Positions 42,882-52,186 of a DNA stretch of 64,000 bases are shown here, piece after piece. This DNA comes from Nitrososphaeria archaeon (GTDB lineage: Archaea; Thermoproteota; Nitrososphaeria; JACIWG01): NCBI GenBank assembly GCA_963752255.1, contig CAVVXT010000010.1:110217-174216 (forward strand), written 5' to 3'. The translations under genes were made by a program, and so were the position numbers. The notes beneath the pieces were generated by a model. It saw only the letters and a program-made list of their open reading frames with translations. It had not been told where the DNA came from and searched no databases. Every line of letters begins with the position of its first letter. Positions within the stretch are counted from its first letter, which is position 1.

Positions 42882-44498
42882 ATGGAAAAGAAAAATGGGA
42901 AAAAAGTGGACGAAGAACCCGAACGGCTTGAAGATATTGCCAAGGAACTCAAGGAATTAGCCAAGAATAAGCCACTTAGTGATACAGATTTGGTGAGGGC
43001 TAAGCAGCTTATGTATAGGCTTAAAGAATTTGGTTTCACTAATAGGCAGATAAATGAGATAACTGATGGTGGATGGTCAGAGTCGACAGTAAAGCTCTAC
43101 ACGAGAGGTGCGACCGTCAAAAATTTGAGCCAGAAGAAGAATGCAGTTGACCTCTTAACTCAACTAATTAACATGGATTTGAGCCTAGAAGATGTTGAGA
43201 TATTCGTTTCGATAAAGAAAAATTTAGACTCTAAAAACGTTGGTTTCCAAGATATTTTAAACCTACTCGGTGAAGCTGACGGGCTTAAAGTTGATCCCAA
43301 AGAAATAGTTGCAACCTATCTAAATTTCCAGAATTCAGGCCTATCGGTAAGACAGTTGAGTGAAATCCTTTCATCCAAAGCAGAACTTGACAAAATGCAT
43401 GTGACAATTGAATTAATGGATGAAATTCTCCAAGCATCAAAAGTCTATGGAGACGCCGGTAAAATCCTTGAAGCTTTAAAAAGTTATGGAGCACTTGGGG
43501 CTATCCAAGAAGACATTAAGAAGACTTCTTCTGAGAAAGAGAATCTTCAGAATCAAGTTAACGGATTAAAGCTAGAAGTTACTGATTTGGAAAAACGTAA
43601 AGATGCTGCAAAAGATTCCCTGGCGACTTATGAAAGGATAAAAACTCTCGGCTTCGACGAACCCACCTTCAAGAGACTAAAGGCGTCAGCAGAAAAGTTC
43701 GGAAGAGTAGATTCAGTTCTTGATGCAGTAAACTCTTTCGTTGACCTATCTGAAATCAAGAGAAAGAAGGATGATTTAGAATCTGAGTTGAAGAAAGTTG
43801 AAGCTGATCACGCCCACCTTGCAACAATAATAGAGATCTGCAAGACATTGCTTTACAAATACAAGTTCAGTATAGCAGCCATAAACGACATCTACGAAGC
43901 CGCCAGAAATTACGGTGACCCATTACAGGTCTTGAAGGCTATTAACTTATACGGAGAAACCTTGAAGATTCGAGCAGAGATAGACACATTAAACAAAAAT
44001 AAAGAGCAACTTAAAGCAACGGTCAAAGAGCTTGGAGATCAATCTCAACAACTGGAGGCGACGATCAAAGCACTCAGGGCTTCAGTCGATGATGCTCTTG
44101 CGCCGATTAGGAACGAAATTACAAAGAATGTCGATTACGTGATTAAAAAGTTCGTTGAAACTTTAGCGGACATGTCTGTACAGTATGAACAGTACGCCCA
44201 AAGATATGGTGAACTAAAGGCTGAGGCAGGGAAACTTGAGGAGGACCTCAAGCTAGGCCGAATTATGCTGTTGCTCATAAAATATCCGAGCGAAGCTAGA
44301 CAGGTTCCATTGGAATATGATGCGCTTATACTGAGTGGCATAGTAAATCATTGCAGGGCTATGGGTATAAATCCGACACTTAAACTCCAAGACGTTGTTG
44401 AATCGAAATTATGGGCGATAGGAAGTTATAGCGTTACGTTAGTCGAACTGCTCGAATGGTCCCTGAAGGGGCTAAGAAAAAGCATCCCACATGTGTGA
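42882..44498 (+). CDS. HTH-like N-terminus plus long coiled-coil protein with three internal repeats
   Basis: GFTNRQINEIT..WSESTVKLY; repeats YGDAGKILEALKSYG, FGRVDSVLDAVNSFV, YGDPLQVLKAINLYG; no Walker A. Confidence 0.75.
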   Translation: MEKKNGKKVDEEPERLEDIAKELKELAKNKPLSDTDLVRAKQLMYRLKEFGFTNRQINEITDGGWSESTVKLYTRGATVKNLSQKKNAVDLLTQLINMDLSLEDVEIFVSIKKNLDSKNVGFQDILNLLGEADGLKVDPKEIVATYLNFQNSGLSVRQLSEILSSKAELDKMHVTIELMDEILQASKVYGDAGKILEALKSYGALGAIQEDIKKTSSEKENLQNQVNGLKLEVTDLEKRKDAAKDSLATYERIKTLGFDEPTFKRLKASAEKFGRVDSVLDAVNSFVDLSEIKRKKDDLESELKKVEADHAHLATIIEICKTLLYKYKFSIAAINDIYEAARNYGDPLQVLKAINLYGETLKIRAEIDTLNKNKEQLKATVKELGDQSQQLEATIKALRASVDDALAPIRNEITKNVDYVIKKFVETLADMSVQYEQYAQRYGELKAEAGKLEEDLKLGRIMLLLIKYPSEARQVPLEYDALILSGIVNHCRAMGINPTLKLQDVVESKLWAIGSYSVTLVELLEWSLKGLRKSIPHV

Positions 44499-44559
44499 TC
44501 ACTTTGCAATTCAATGAAAACATTGCATTCTTGACTTATCTTGTTGGGGGCTAAAGGGA

Positions 44560-45519
44560 ATGAGTCTAGAGAAAATTGAAGAGTACCTGAAAGATGTTCA
44601 AGCTATAAAGTTCTATGATACCATTAAAGCGCAAAATGAACGACTGATAGAGCAGAATAAGAAGATCGAAGAAACGTCTCAAATCGAAAGAAACAAACTG
44701 ATGGAAATAAACAGCGAACTGACACTAGAGCGTGACAACTTATCCCAAGAAATAATTGACCTCAGAGCTGAAGTCGACCAAAAAGATTCGAGGATCAATA
44801 ATTTGACGACCAATCTTGTTTCAAGCAGAGAAGAAGCCTCAAAACTCAAAGAGAGAGTTAAGGAACTTGAAGATCTAAAAGCTACGGTGGAAGGGAAGAC
44901 ACTCAAAGAGGCAGCAGAAATCTTCATAAAAGCCAAGAAGGAAGAAATTCAAAAGGAAGCTTTAGAAAGCTCCAACTTGATGAAAGCAGAATGGACACTG
45001 TCCGAAAAGCCTACGGAGGTAAGAAATGAAGCTATTCGAATACTCAATCACATAATCGCAAGCCTCAAGATAACAGGTTATAGACCGGAGATGACTGACT
45101 TGGCAGGGAAAGGATTGTATGATGATGTCGAAGCTATAATAAAGTCTGATGTCGACAAAAGGCTCGACGAAGAATTTGAAAAGAGGGTTGAACAAACATC
45201 TACTCAAAGAACCGCACAGAAGTTCAATCAATTAGTGTCTACAGAATGGCCGGACTTTCTGAGAACGCATTTGGAGCCGAAGGCTAGGGAACTGGAACTC
45301 AAAGTTAAATCCAACGTTCTGAGCCTTCTTCAGGGTACATGGCCTACAGAATGTGAACGGTGTGGAATGAAAGGTTCGCTAACCCTTCCAATTGAAGGGG
45401 TAGAATATCTACTAAGAAACGGCTCCATAAAAACAAACTGCCCTAATCATCAATGTCATCATCAAACTCCTTTGAAACTAATAGATCTAATAAAATTGAA
45501 ACTTTCTCCCAGTTATTGA
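44560..45519 (+). CDS. Coiled-coil protein with C-terminal Zn-finger
   Basis: Heptad-rich N-terminal half; CERC...CPNHQC. Confidence 0.72.
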   Translation: MSLEKIEEYLKDVQAIKFYDTIKAQNERLIEQNKKIEETSQIERNKLMEINSELTLERDNLSQEIIDLRAEVDQKDSRINNLTTNLVSSREEASKLKERVKELEDLKATVEGKTLKEAAEIFIKAKKEEIQKEALESSNLMKAEWTLSEKPTEVRNEAIRILNHIIASLKITGYRPEMTDLAGKGLYDDVEAIIKSDVDKRLDEEFEKRVEQTSTQRTAQKFNQLVSTEWPDFLRTHLEPKARELELKVKSNVLSLLQGTWPTECERCGMKGSLTLPIEGVEYLLRNGSIKTNCPNHQCHHQTPLKLIDLIKLKLSPSY

Positions 45520-45640
45520 TTAACATAATATCTGCTATCGCTCCTTTTTTTAAAATCTAGATGACTATTAAAGCGCGGTACTATTAATTTTTTAGCGATC
45601 CCTGTTATCACGAATCGTAGAAACCCAATTAAAGAAAATA

Positions 45641-45862
45641 TTAAAATGCCAGAGTGATCCATGTCGGAGTGAGTGAGTGAGTGAGCACTATATACGCTAT
45701 TGATGCAGGTTCCTTACCCAGCCACTTCACAAATTCAAGAATCTTCGACGCATTACCTCCCATTCCCGTATCCACAAGAACTAAAGCCTCCTTGCCGAGG
45801 AAGACGTAAGAGTTTGCGCCTCTCACACCAGGCACGAGATATACGCTTTCAGTGATCTTCAC
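45641..45862 (-). pseudogene. Truncated metallo-beta-lactamase-fold hydrolase
   Basis: NSYV...LVDTG...IVLTHS, then shifted H.D.DH and truncation. Confidence 0.7.
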
Positions 45863-46327
45863 ATTTCCTCACTCTCATAGTTATTGTTCTGAAAGGCTAT
45901 TATTTGAGTTTTGGGGGTCAAAGACATTAATCTATTATCCATTCAACGAAAGGGTTAATCTTAAGATCAAGGCTCAGAAGGCTAACTTGATTCGTTAAGG
46001 TGTTGAACAAGCTCCTTTGCGTTGTAAAACATCCACATTAGATCATCGAAGGGGAACAGATGGTTTAGAGAGGTCAAGGGCCTTCAGCTCCAGATATTTT
46101 TCAGGTGAAGCACCGTACTGCTCTACGACAGCTATGGCCCGCCTAATATATTTGCATCCTCGATCTTTCTGATTCTACCCTTCAATATCTCACGTTCAGG
46201 ATGTTTGGAAAGAAATTCTTTGAAAGCTATGGGATTGCCTTTATTCAAAACTTTAAGGTAGATATCAGAATAAACAGGAAATTTGTAAACCATAAAAGTT
46301 TAAAAATTTAGTCTACAGAATATTTGT

Positions 46328-47122
46328 ATGGATACTAAATATGAATCCGTTAAAGACTTATTCAAGTTGGATGGGAAGAAAGCTATCGTCACGGGAGCAG
46401 GAAGTGGAATCGGCAGATCTATCGCATTAGGTTTAGCAGAATATGGAGTCGACGTCGCACTATTTGGGCGCACATCTGAAAAGCTAACGAAGGTGCAGCG
46501 AGAAATAGAAGAAAAGTTCCCCACAAAAACATTGGTGGTTAACATGGACGTACTGGATTCGAGGCAGATAGGGGAATCTGTGCGTAAAGTGATTGAAGAG
46601 TTTGGTAAAATAGACATCCTAGTAAACAGTCACGGTATTGGACAATGGGTCAAAGCTGAGGAGATGACGGAGAAAGAATGGGATACGATGATTGACACAA
46701 ATTTGAAGGGAGTCTTCCTGATGTGCCAAGCTGTAGCTCGACAGATGATAAAGCAAAAAGAAGGAAAAATAATAACAATCGCATCTATTTCCGGTATGAT
46801 TGCCAACAGGCCTCAAAGTCAAGCCCACTATAATACAGCTAAGGCGGGTGTTCTAAATTTGACAAAATGTTTGGCTGTGGAATGGGCCAAGTATAACATA
46901 AATGTGAACTGTATCAGCCCCGGATATACGCTAACAGCGATGATTGAGAAAAGGTTTAAGACTACGCCGGAGATAGAAGGCATCTGGAAATCATACGTGC
47001 CTTTAGGACGTGTAGCTGAGCCAATAGAAATGGTGGGTGCAGCGATCTTCTTAGCTTCAAAGGCATCAAGTTATGTTACAGGAGCTAACATCGTAGTAGA
47101 CGGTGGATACACTGTTTGGTGA
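46328..47122 (+). CDS. Short-chain dehydrogenase/reductase (sugar/polyol type)
   Basis: TGAGSGIG, YNTAK, NCISPG, VDGGYT. Confidence 0.93.
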   Translation: MDTKYESVKDLFKLDGKKAIVTGAGSGIGRSIALGLAEYGVDVALFGRTSEKLTKVQREIEEKFPTKTLVVNMDVLDSRQIGESVRKVIEEFGKIDILVNSHGIGQWVKAEEMTEKEWDTMIDTNLKGVFLMCQAVARQMIKQKEGKIITIASISGMIANRPQSQAHYNTAKAGVLNLTKCLAVEWAKYNINVNCISPGYTLTAMIEKRFKTTPEIEGIWKSYVPLGRVAEPIEMVGAAIFLASKASSYVTGANIVVDGGYTVW

Positions 47123-47324
47123 TAAGAAAAATATCTGTCTAACAGAATGTTTAGAGAGTAAATAGGTCTTTCTCGTTAAAATCAAGAAAGACTAGGATTT
47201 GAAATTAACGCGTAGACGCAAGGGTCCAATCCCCCCCACCTTTACAAGTAGATTTGAGAGATATCAAAGAGATGTTCTGGCCTTTATTTCAAAAGTCTGA
47301 TAATTTTTAGCAAATGCCTGTTTT

Positions 47325-48838
47325 TTAGAGGTAACTCGTATTTTCTATATGTTGTTTAATCCTGTTTTCAATTTCGTTAAGTTGTGTCTCCCATGTATTT
47401 GTTAAATATTCTATATCCTCTTCAACTGTTCCTATATATTTTTCTGGCGAGAGTAAAACTGTTCTATCAGTAATACTTAGACTCGTGAGCATGTCACTGA
47501 TGATATTGTCATCTTTTATTATCGAAAGAAAGTCCACATTTTCATTTACAGCTTTGTCTGACAATTTTCTAACGTATTCATGTGTATCAATATCAAGGTT
47601 CTTCTTGATGCAATAGACCTGCAACGCCAGTTGAACCGGTTCAGCCAATATGAGACCCTTAGTCATGCTAAGGTTCTCCATCATTTTCTCTCTCCTTATC
47701 GTCATGTTATCAGCGATTTTTACAGATCTGCGTAACATGTGATATGTTATAAATGGAATTTCACTTCCATAGTATCTTAGATTTGATGAGGATCTTAAAT
47801 CCCTCTGGAAGTCAGTAACGAAATCTTCATATACACTGATAATTTTTGGTAAAATCTGCCTCCAATGACCCCCAATATTTTCCGAGTCGATCGGATTCCT
47901 TTTATGGGCCCCAGTGGAGGAACCAACCTGCTCCGACAGTCTCTGCTCACATATTTCGCCTACTTCCGTCTGTGGAAGTTTCTTATATCCTCACCAAACT
48001 TCGCCAGGTTACCAGCTATGCCTATCAAGTTACTAAAATATGGCATATAGTATGTTTGATGGACCACTTGACCGGTTAAAGGGTCAGGCAGTAAATGCAT
48101 TAAAGATAATGTCTCCTTCTCCAATTTCCGAGGGTGAACTTTTCCACCGAAGAGAAATTTTTGAGCTGCCGATGTTCCGACGAACCCTGAAACTTTTCCC
48201 CTAAGGTTGTCTGAAAGATTAAGCTGTTCCCCAAGCAGCGGCATTACACCGCCAAGTATTTCTAAAAGCCAGTGGCCGACGGTCGTGGGGGCAGCATGCT
48301 GTTTATGCGTTCGACCGACAAGAATAGTTTTTTTCTCTTCTCGAGCTCTCTTTATTAGAATCCGAGATAATTCTACTCCCTTTGGCACGATTACCTCGTA
48401 TGAGACATCCCTCAAAGCCGCACTCCACGCAGAATTGACGACATCGTAACTTGTGAGACCAAGGTATATGTAATATCTTGCTTCCCTACTTAAAACCTCC
48501 TGGCTGGCCCTGACAAGACCCCTTATATCGTGTCTTAACTTATCCTCCCATTCCTGCTGCTTCCTATAGGGCACATCCTTTCCGTTAAGCTTTTGAACTA
48601 TTTCAGCCGTAATTGCACTTGGAATAACCTCGTATTTACCCAACACGTTGATATACGATTTTATGAAAATCAGCTGGTACTCGTAAATAGCTCGGGGAGA
48701 AAGATACTGGACGATTTCAGGTTCCTCTAATTTTTCCCAATCAATATACCTTGCATAGGAAGAAGGCAAGTACTCCTCGCATTCGGTTACGCTACGACCT
48801 TTCGATTTTAGCTCTTCGAGAGATATTGGCGCGGGCAA
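47325..48838 (-). CDS. purB: Adenylosuccinate lyase (frameshifted)
   Basis: RHDI, GLTSYD, GRTHKQHAAPTT, GFVGT; GSSTGAHK signature in the shifted frame; last gene of the pur operon. Confidence 0.8.
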
Positions 48839-48841
48839 ACA

Positions 48842-50260
48842 CTAACCTCCATGTCCTGATTTAGGGTTAGTTTTAGACAAATATAACTTCTCTACCTCCT
48901 CTAAACTTTTCAAATCCAATCTTTCAATACTTACATTATTGACGAACATCTGATAGACGCCGTCAAGTCTTTTCCTTATTTCAGCTACGACTGCAGCCGG
49001 TATCTCAGGTAGTGGATTAGGAGGGTTACCGGGGTCGACATGTGAATCTAAAAGAAACTGTCTGTAAAACTCTTTGTCCAAACACCATCCTTCCTGCCTT
49101 TTTCCAATATTATTTTTCCAGAGTTCTTGAACCCAGATCCTCGCCGAATCATGATTTGGTGCTTCATCAATTTGAATGAATTCTCCCTTACATCTTCCGA
49201 ACTCTATTTTAAAGTCTGGAATTAGAAGCCCCCTCTGCTTAGCTGTTTTCGAGTAGAACTCGTAGAGTTTAAAAGACGCTTCTGAAAGAGCATCCCATTC
49301 ATAAGATTTTATTAAGTCGATGTCCACTGCTTTCTGTCTGCCGATCGGAACATCATGACCGACGTCGGCTTTTGTGGTTGGAGTTAACATAGGTTCATCC
49401 AATTCTTCTGCAAGACGGAGGCCATTCCGGAGCTTATATCCATAGAGAACTCTCTCTCCTTTGGAATAATCACGGAACATAGAACCGTAAAGGTGACTTC
49501 TGACAACCCATTCTATGTCTATTCTTTCCGCTCTGTTGGCAAGCATCATTGTTAAATCAGGAGTGTCTATGAAGTGGTTGGGAAAAATGTTTTTGGTTCT
49601 TCTAAACCACCACGCGGACAAAAGATTCAGGGACGCTCCTTTCCCCTCTATTTCAGTTAGAGAATTAACGTCAAAGGCCGATATTCTGTCGCTGGAGTTT
49701 ATCAGCAGTTTGTCTCCTAGCTCGTAAACGTCTCTAACCTTCCCTTTCTTGAAAAGGGGCAATCCAAGAGGCGCGCTGAGACCCTTATCCTGGTTGTCTG
49801 TCAGATATGTTTCCACAATTTTCATCTTTCTTTCAGACAATTCCCTTTCAGAGTAGACTGGTTTCGAAGTTTCCTTCAGTAATTGCAGTATTTCTTCACG
49901 TTTTTTTATCAGCACAACTCTTATACCCGTTGGAAGTTTAGTGCTCGAAAAGACTTTGCTTTCACCGTATTTTCCAAGGTCAGGTGGAAAAGCATAAACA
50001 GGTTTTGTGGTGTTAGCCGCGACAGATCCCGACAGTGCATCTGAAAGCCCAGCTACTGTAATGAACGCCGATACGTTGTCAGATCTGTTATATTCTTCTA
50101 TAATTTTCTGAAGATAACATGGAGTTCTGTGGGCAGAAGCTGTCCTATGTATTACGTGCACTCCCTTATCTTCTAGATAGGAGCCTAGACTTTGGCAGAA
50201 TTCCTTATCGGAGCGCGAGCCTTTGATAATTACAACGTTAAGTTTAGCCATTTGCTCCAA
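48842..50260 (-). CDS. purC: PurE-PurC fusion (AIR carboxylase plus SAICAR synthetase)
   Basis: N-terminal GSRSD, SAHRTP, VAGLSDALSG (PurE); C-terminal GKVRDVY, SDRISAFD, PTTK, DFKIEFG, DKEFYR (PurC). Confidence 0.9.
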   Translation of the reverse strand: MEQMAKLNVVIIKGSRSDKEFCQSLGSYLEDKGVHVIHRTASAHRTPCYLQKIIEEYNRSDNVSAFITVAGLSDALSGSVAANTTKPVYAFPPDLGKYGESKVFSSTKLPTGIRVVLIKKREEILQLLKETSKPVYSERELSERKMKIVETYLTDNQDKGLSAPLGLPLFKKGKVRDVYELGDKLLINSSDRISAFDVNSLTEIEGKGASLNLLSAWWFRRTKNIFPNHFIDTPDLTMMLANRAERIDIEWVVRSHLYGSMFRDYSKGERVLYGYKLRNGLRLAEELDEPMLTPTTKADVGHDVPIGRQKAVDIDLIKSYEWDALSEASFKLYEFYSKTAKQRGLLIPDFKIEFGRCKGEFIQIDEAPNHDSARIWVQELWKNNIGKRQEGWCLDKEFYRQFLLDSHVDPGNPPNPLPEIPAAVVAEIRKRLDGVYQMFVNNVSIERLDLKSLEEVEKLYLSKTNPKSGHGG

Positions 50261-50302
50261 CCTACTCTTTTAAGGGATTTTGATCTATACTTTTCTAGCA
50301 TT

Positions 50303-51385
50303 TTAAAGTTTCACCACATTTTTACTAAACGGTGAATGAATTTTTATTAACGAATTCCCTGATTTTACCTTACCTATGATGTCGGATGGATAGTATCGGT
50401 TTAATATTTCCACAGCGTCCTTTGCAACATCACTTTTTATGGAAACAACATACCCTATGCCGCAATTAAATCTGGAAAGCATTTCAGTATCACTCATATG
50501 AGATTCGTTATATATGAATTGAAAGATCTTCTGAGGAACAAGCCCATGCTCTTTGAAGACTTCATAAGAAACTGCTTTCTTGGAAAGTTCCCTAAGCTTG
50601 CTGAACCCTCCTCCTGTAATGTGAACTTTACCCGTTATTTCTTTTCTAAAGCTCTTGTTCAATTCTCTCAAAGCCTCGATATAGATCCTAGTCGGTTTTA
50701 CCAGCTCGGTTCCAAGAGTGCTATTTGGATCAAGCTTATAATCGAGCCCTTTTCTACGCAAGATTTTTTCCCTCACAAACGTTAATCCATTTGAATGGAT
50801 GCCATTACTAGATATCCCGATCAGCGTATCACCTTCTCCTGCATGGGGCACTAAAACGTCTTTGGGATCAGCATACCCAGTTGCAGTGACAGAAAATTCC
50901 ATTCCCCCGATAGTATTACATATGGCCGTTTCACCACCGTCAATAATTATGGGTATCATTACACCAGCTGGAGTTTTCCACTTATATTTGATGCACAGGC
51001 TCTTAAGCGACCTTATGGACTCTAAGATGGCAGCTAAATTTTCTTCTTGAAGGATGAGATGGCTTTGAATCTTGTAAGGTTGAAAGTTATGTTCGTACAG
51101 GTCATCAACTGTCATAGCAAAGGGATTACTTCCTGATTCACTGAAATTTTTCAGAGCCCATATAAGGTAGCCTTTGGTTCCTGTTCCATCGGTAACAGTC
51201 ATCTTTTCTGAGCTTCTGAGGGGTTCCGAATATTCTGTTATAGAGTACCTCTTACCGATTCTTTTAACGGAGATTTCCTGTGCACCCTCCGTGCCAGGTT
51301 TTGTATGCGTCTCCTCGATTATTTCCCTTATCTTTTCGCCAAAAAATTTTTCTGGGCTGTAAGCCTTGTTAACCAAAATAGTCAC
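50303..51385 (-). CDS. purM: AIR synthetase
   Basis: TDGTGTK, GGETA, SNGIHSNG, HITGGG, FNCGIG. Confidence 0.92.
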   Translation of the reverse strand: MTILVNKAYSPEKFFGEKIREIIEETHTKPGTEGAQEISVKRIGKRYSITEYSEPLRSSEKMTVTDGTGTKGYLIWALKNFSESGSNPFAMTVDDLYEHNFQPYKIQSHLILQEENLAAILESIRSLKSLCIKYKWKTPAGVMIPIIIDGGETAICNTIGGMEFSVTATGYADPKDVLVPHAGEGDTLIGISSNGIHSNGLTFVREKILRRKGLDYKLDPNSTLGTELVKPTRIYIEALRELNKSFRKEITGKVHITGGGFSKLRELSKKAVSYEVFKEHGLVPQKIFQFIYNESHMSDTEMLSRFNCGIGYVVSIKSDVAKDAVEILNRYYPSDIIGKVKSGNSLIKIHSPFSKNVVKL

Positions 51386-52186
51386 TTATCTAAAGTTCTC
51401 CTCAATATACTGAACTGCATTCTTGAATATTGATATCCCTTGAGCGGGTTCCTCTTTTTCAAATGATGTAATTCTCTGATATCTTGGGTGATTACAGATG
51501 CTCAGAAAGGCTGTTGGATGAGGCATAAGCCCGAACACTCTTCCAGTTAAATCACACAGGCCTGCAACAGATTCGATGGAGCCGTTTGGATTTAGAGGAT
51601 GCTGCATGGTTGGAACGTTGTTGTCGTCAACATACTGCATAACTATCTGATTATTTTCTTCTATTTTCCTAAGTACAGATTGATTTGCTGGAAAGAATTT
51701 ACCCTCACCATGCCTAACTGGCAGGTACATGCTTTTAATGCCGGCGGTAAACACGCACCTGGATCTTGGATTTATTCTTAGTTTCACCCATCTATCTTCA
51801 AAGACACCGGAATCGTTGCTCATCAAAGTAACACTCTGTTCCGTTTTATCCCCTTCTGACCATGGTAGAATTGCGGATTTCACCATGACTTGAAACCCGT
51901 TGCACTCACCAAAAATCAGTTTCCCATCAATTAGAAAATTTTTGATGCTTTCACCAAGTTTCAACCTATAAAGATTTCCTAAAACTTTTCCAGCTGAAAT
52001 ATGATCCCCAAAAGAAAAACCTCCAACAAGAGCCAGAAGGTGATATTCTAAAAGAAGTTTAGGGTGCTCAAAAAGTTGCTTCAGATGAACTTGGTCGACA
52101 TGGGCACCCACCAGCTCAAAAGCATATCTTGTTTCATCTTCACAGTTTAAACCGAATCCGTATGGAATCAGTATTTTTGGTTTCAT
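51386..52186 (-). CDS. purQ: FGAM synthase glutaminase subunit
   Basis: GLNC, GGFSFGD, GECNGFQ, HGEG, GLMPHP. Confidence 0.93.
   Translation of the reverse strand: MKPKILIPYGFGLNCEDETRYAFELVGAHVDQVHLKQLFEHPKLLLEYHLLALVGGFSFGDHISAGKVLGNLYRLKLGESIKNFLIDGKLIFGECNGFQVMVKSAILPWSEGDKTEQSVTLMSNDSGVFEDRWVKLRINPRSRCVFTAGIKSMYLPVRHGEGKFFPANQSVLRKIEENNQIVMQYVDDNNVPTMQHPLNPNGSIESVAGLCDLTGRVFGLMPHPTAFLSICNHPRYQRITSFEKEEPAQGISIFKNAVQYIEENFR

Noticed and set aside
42882-45519. SMC/Wadjet/Lamassu-type system
   Set aside because: The coiled-coil proteins lack Walker A/B and ABC signature motifs
45950-46260. Possible decayed gene or transposase after the truncated MBL gene
   Set aside because: Broken reading frames with no recognisable motif or terminal inverted repeats
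47206-47245. GCGTAGACGCAAGGGTCCAATCCCCCCCACC as a tRNA remnant marking the right island border
   Set aside because: Only loosely T-arm-like, on the opposite strand and not matching the 20.7-kb fragment
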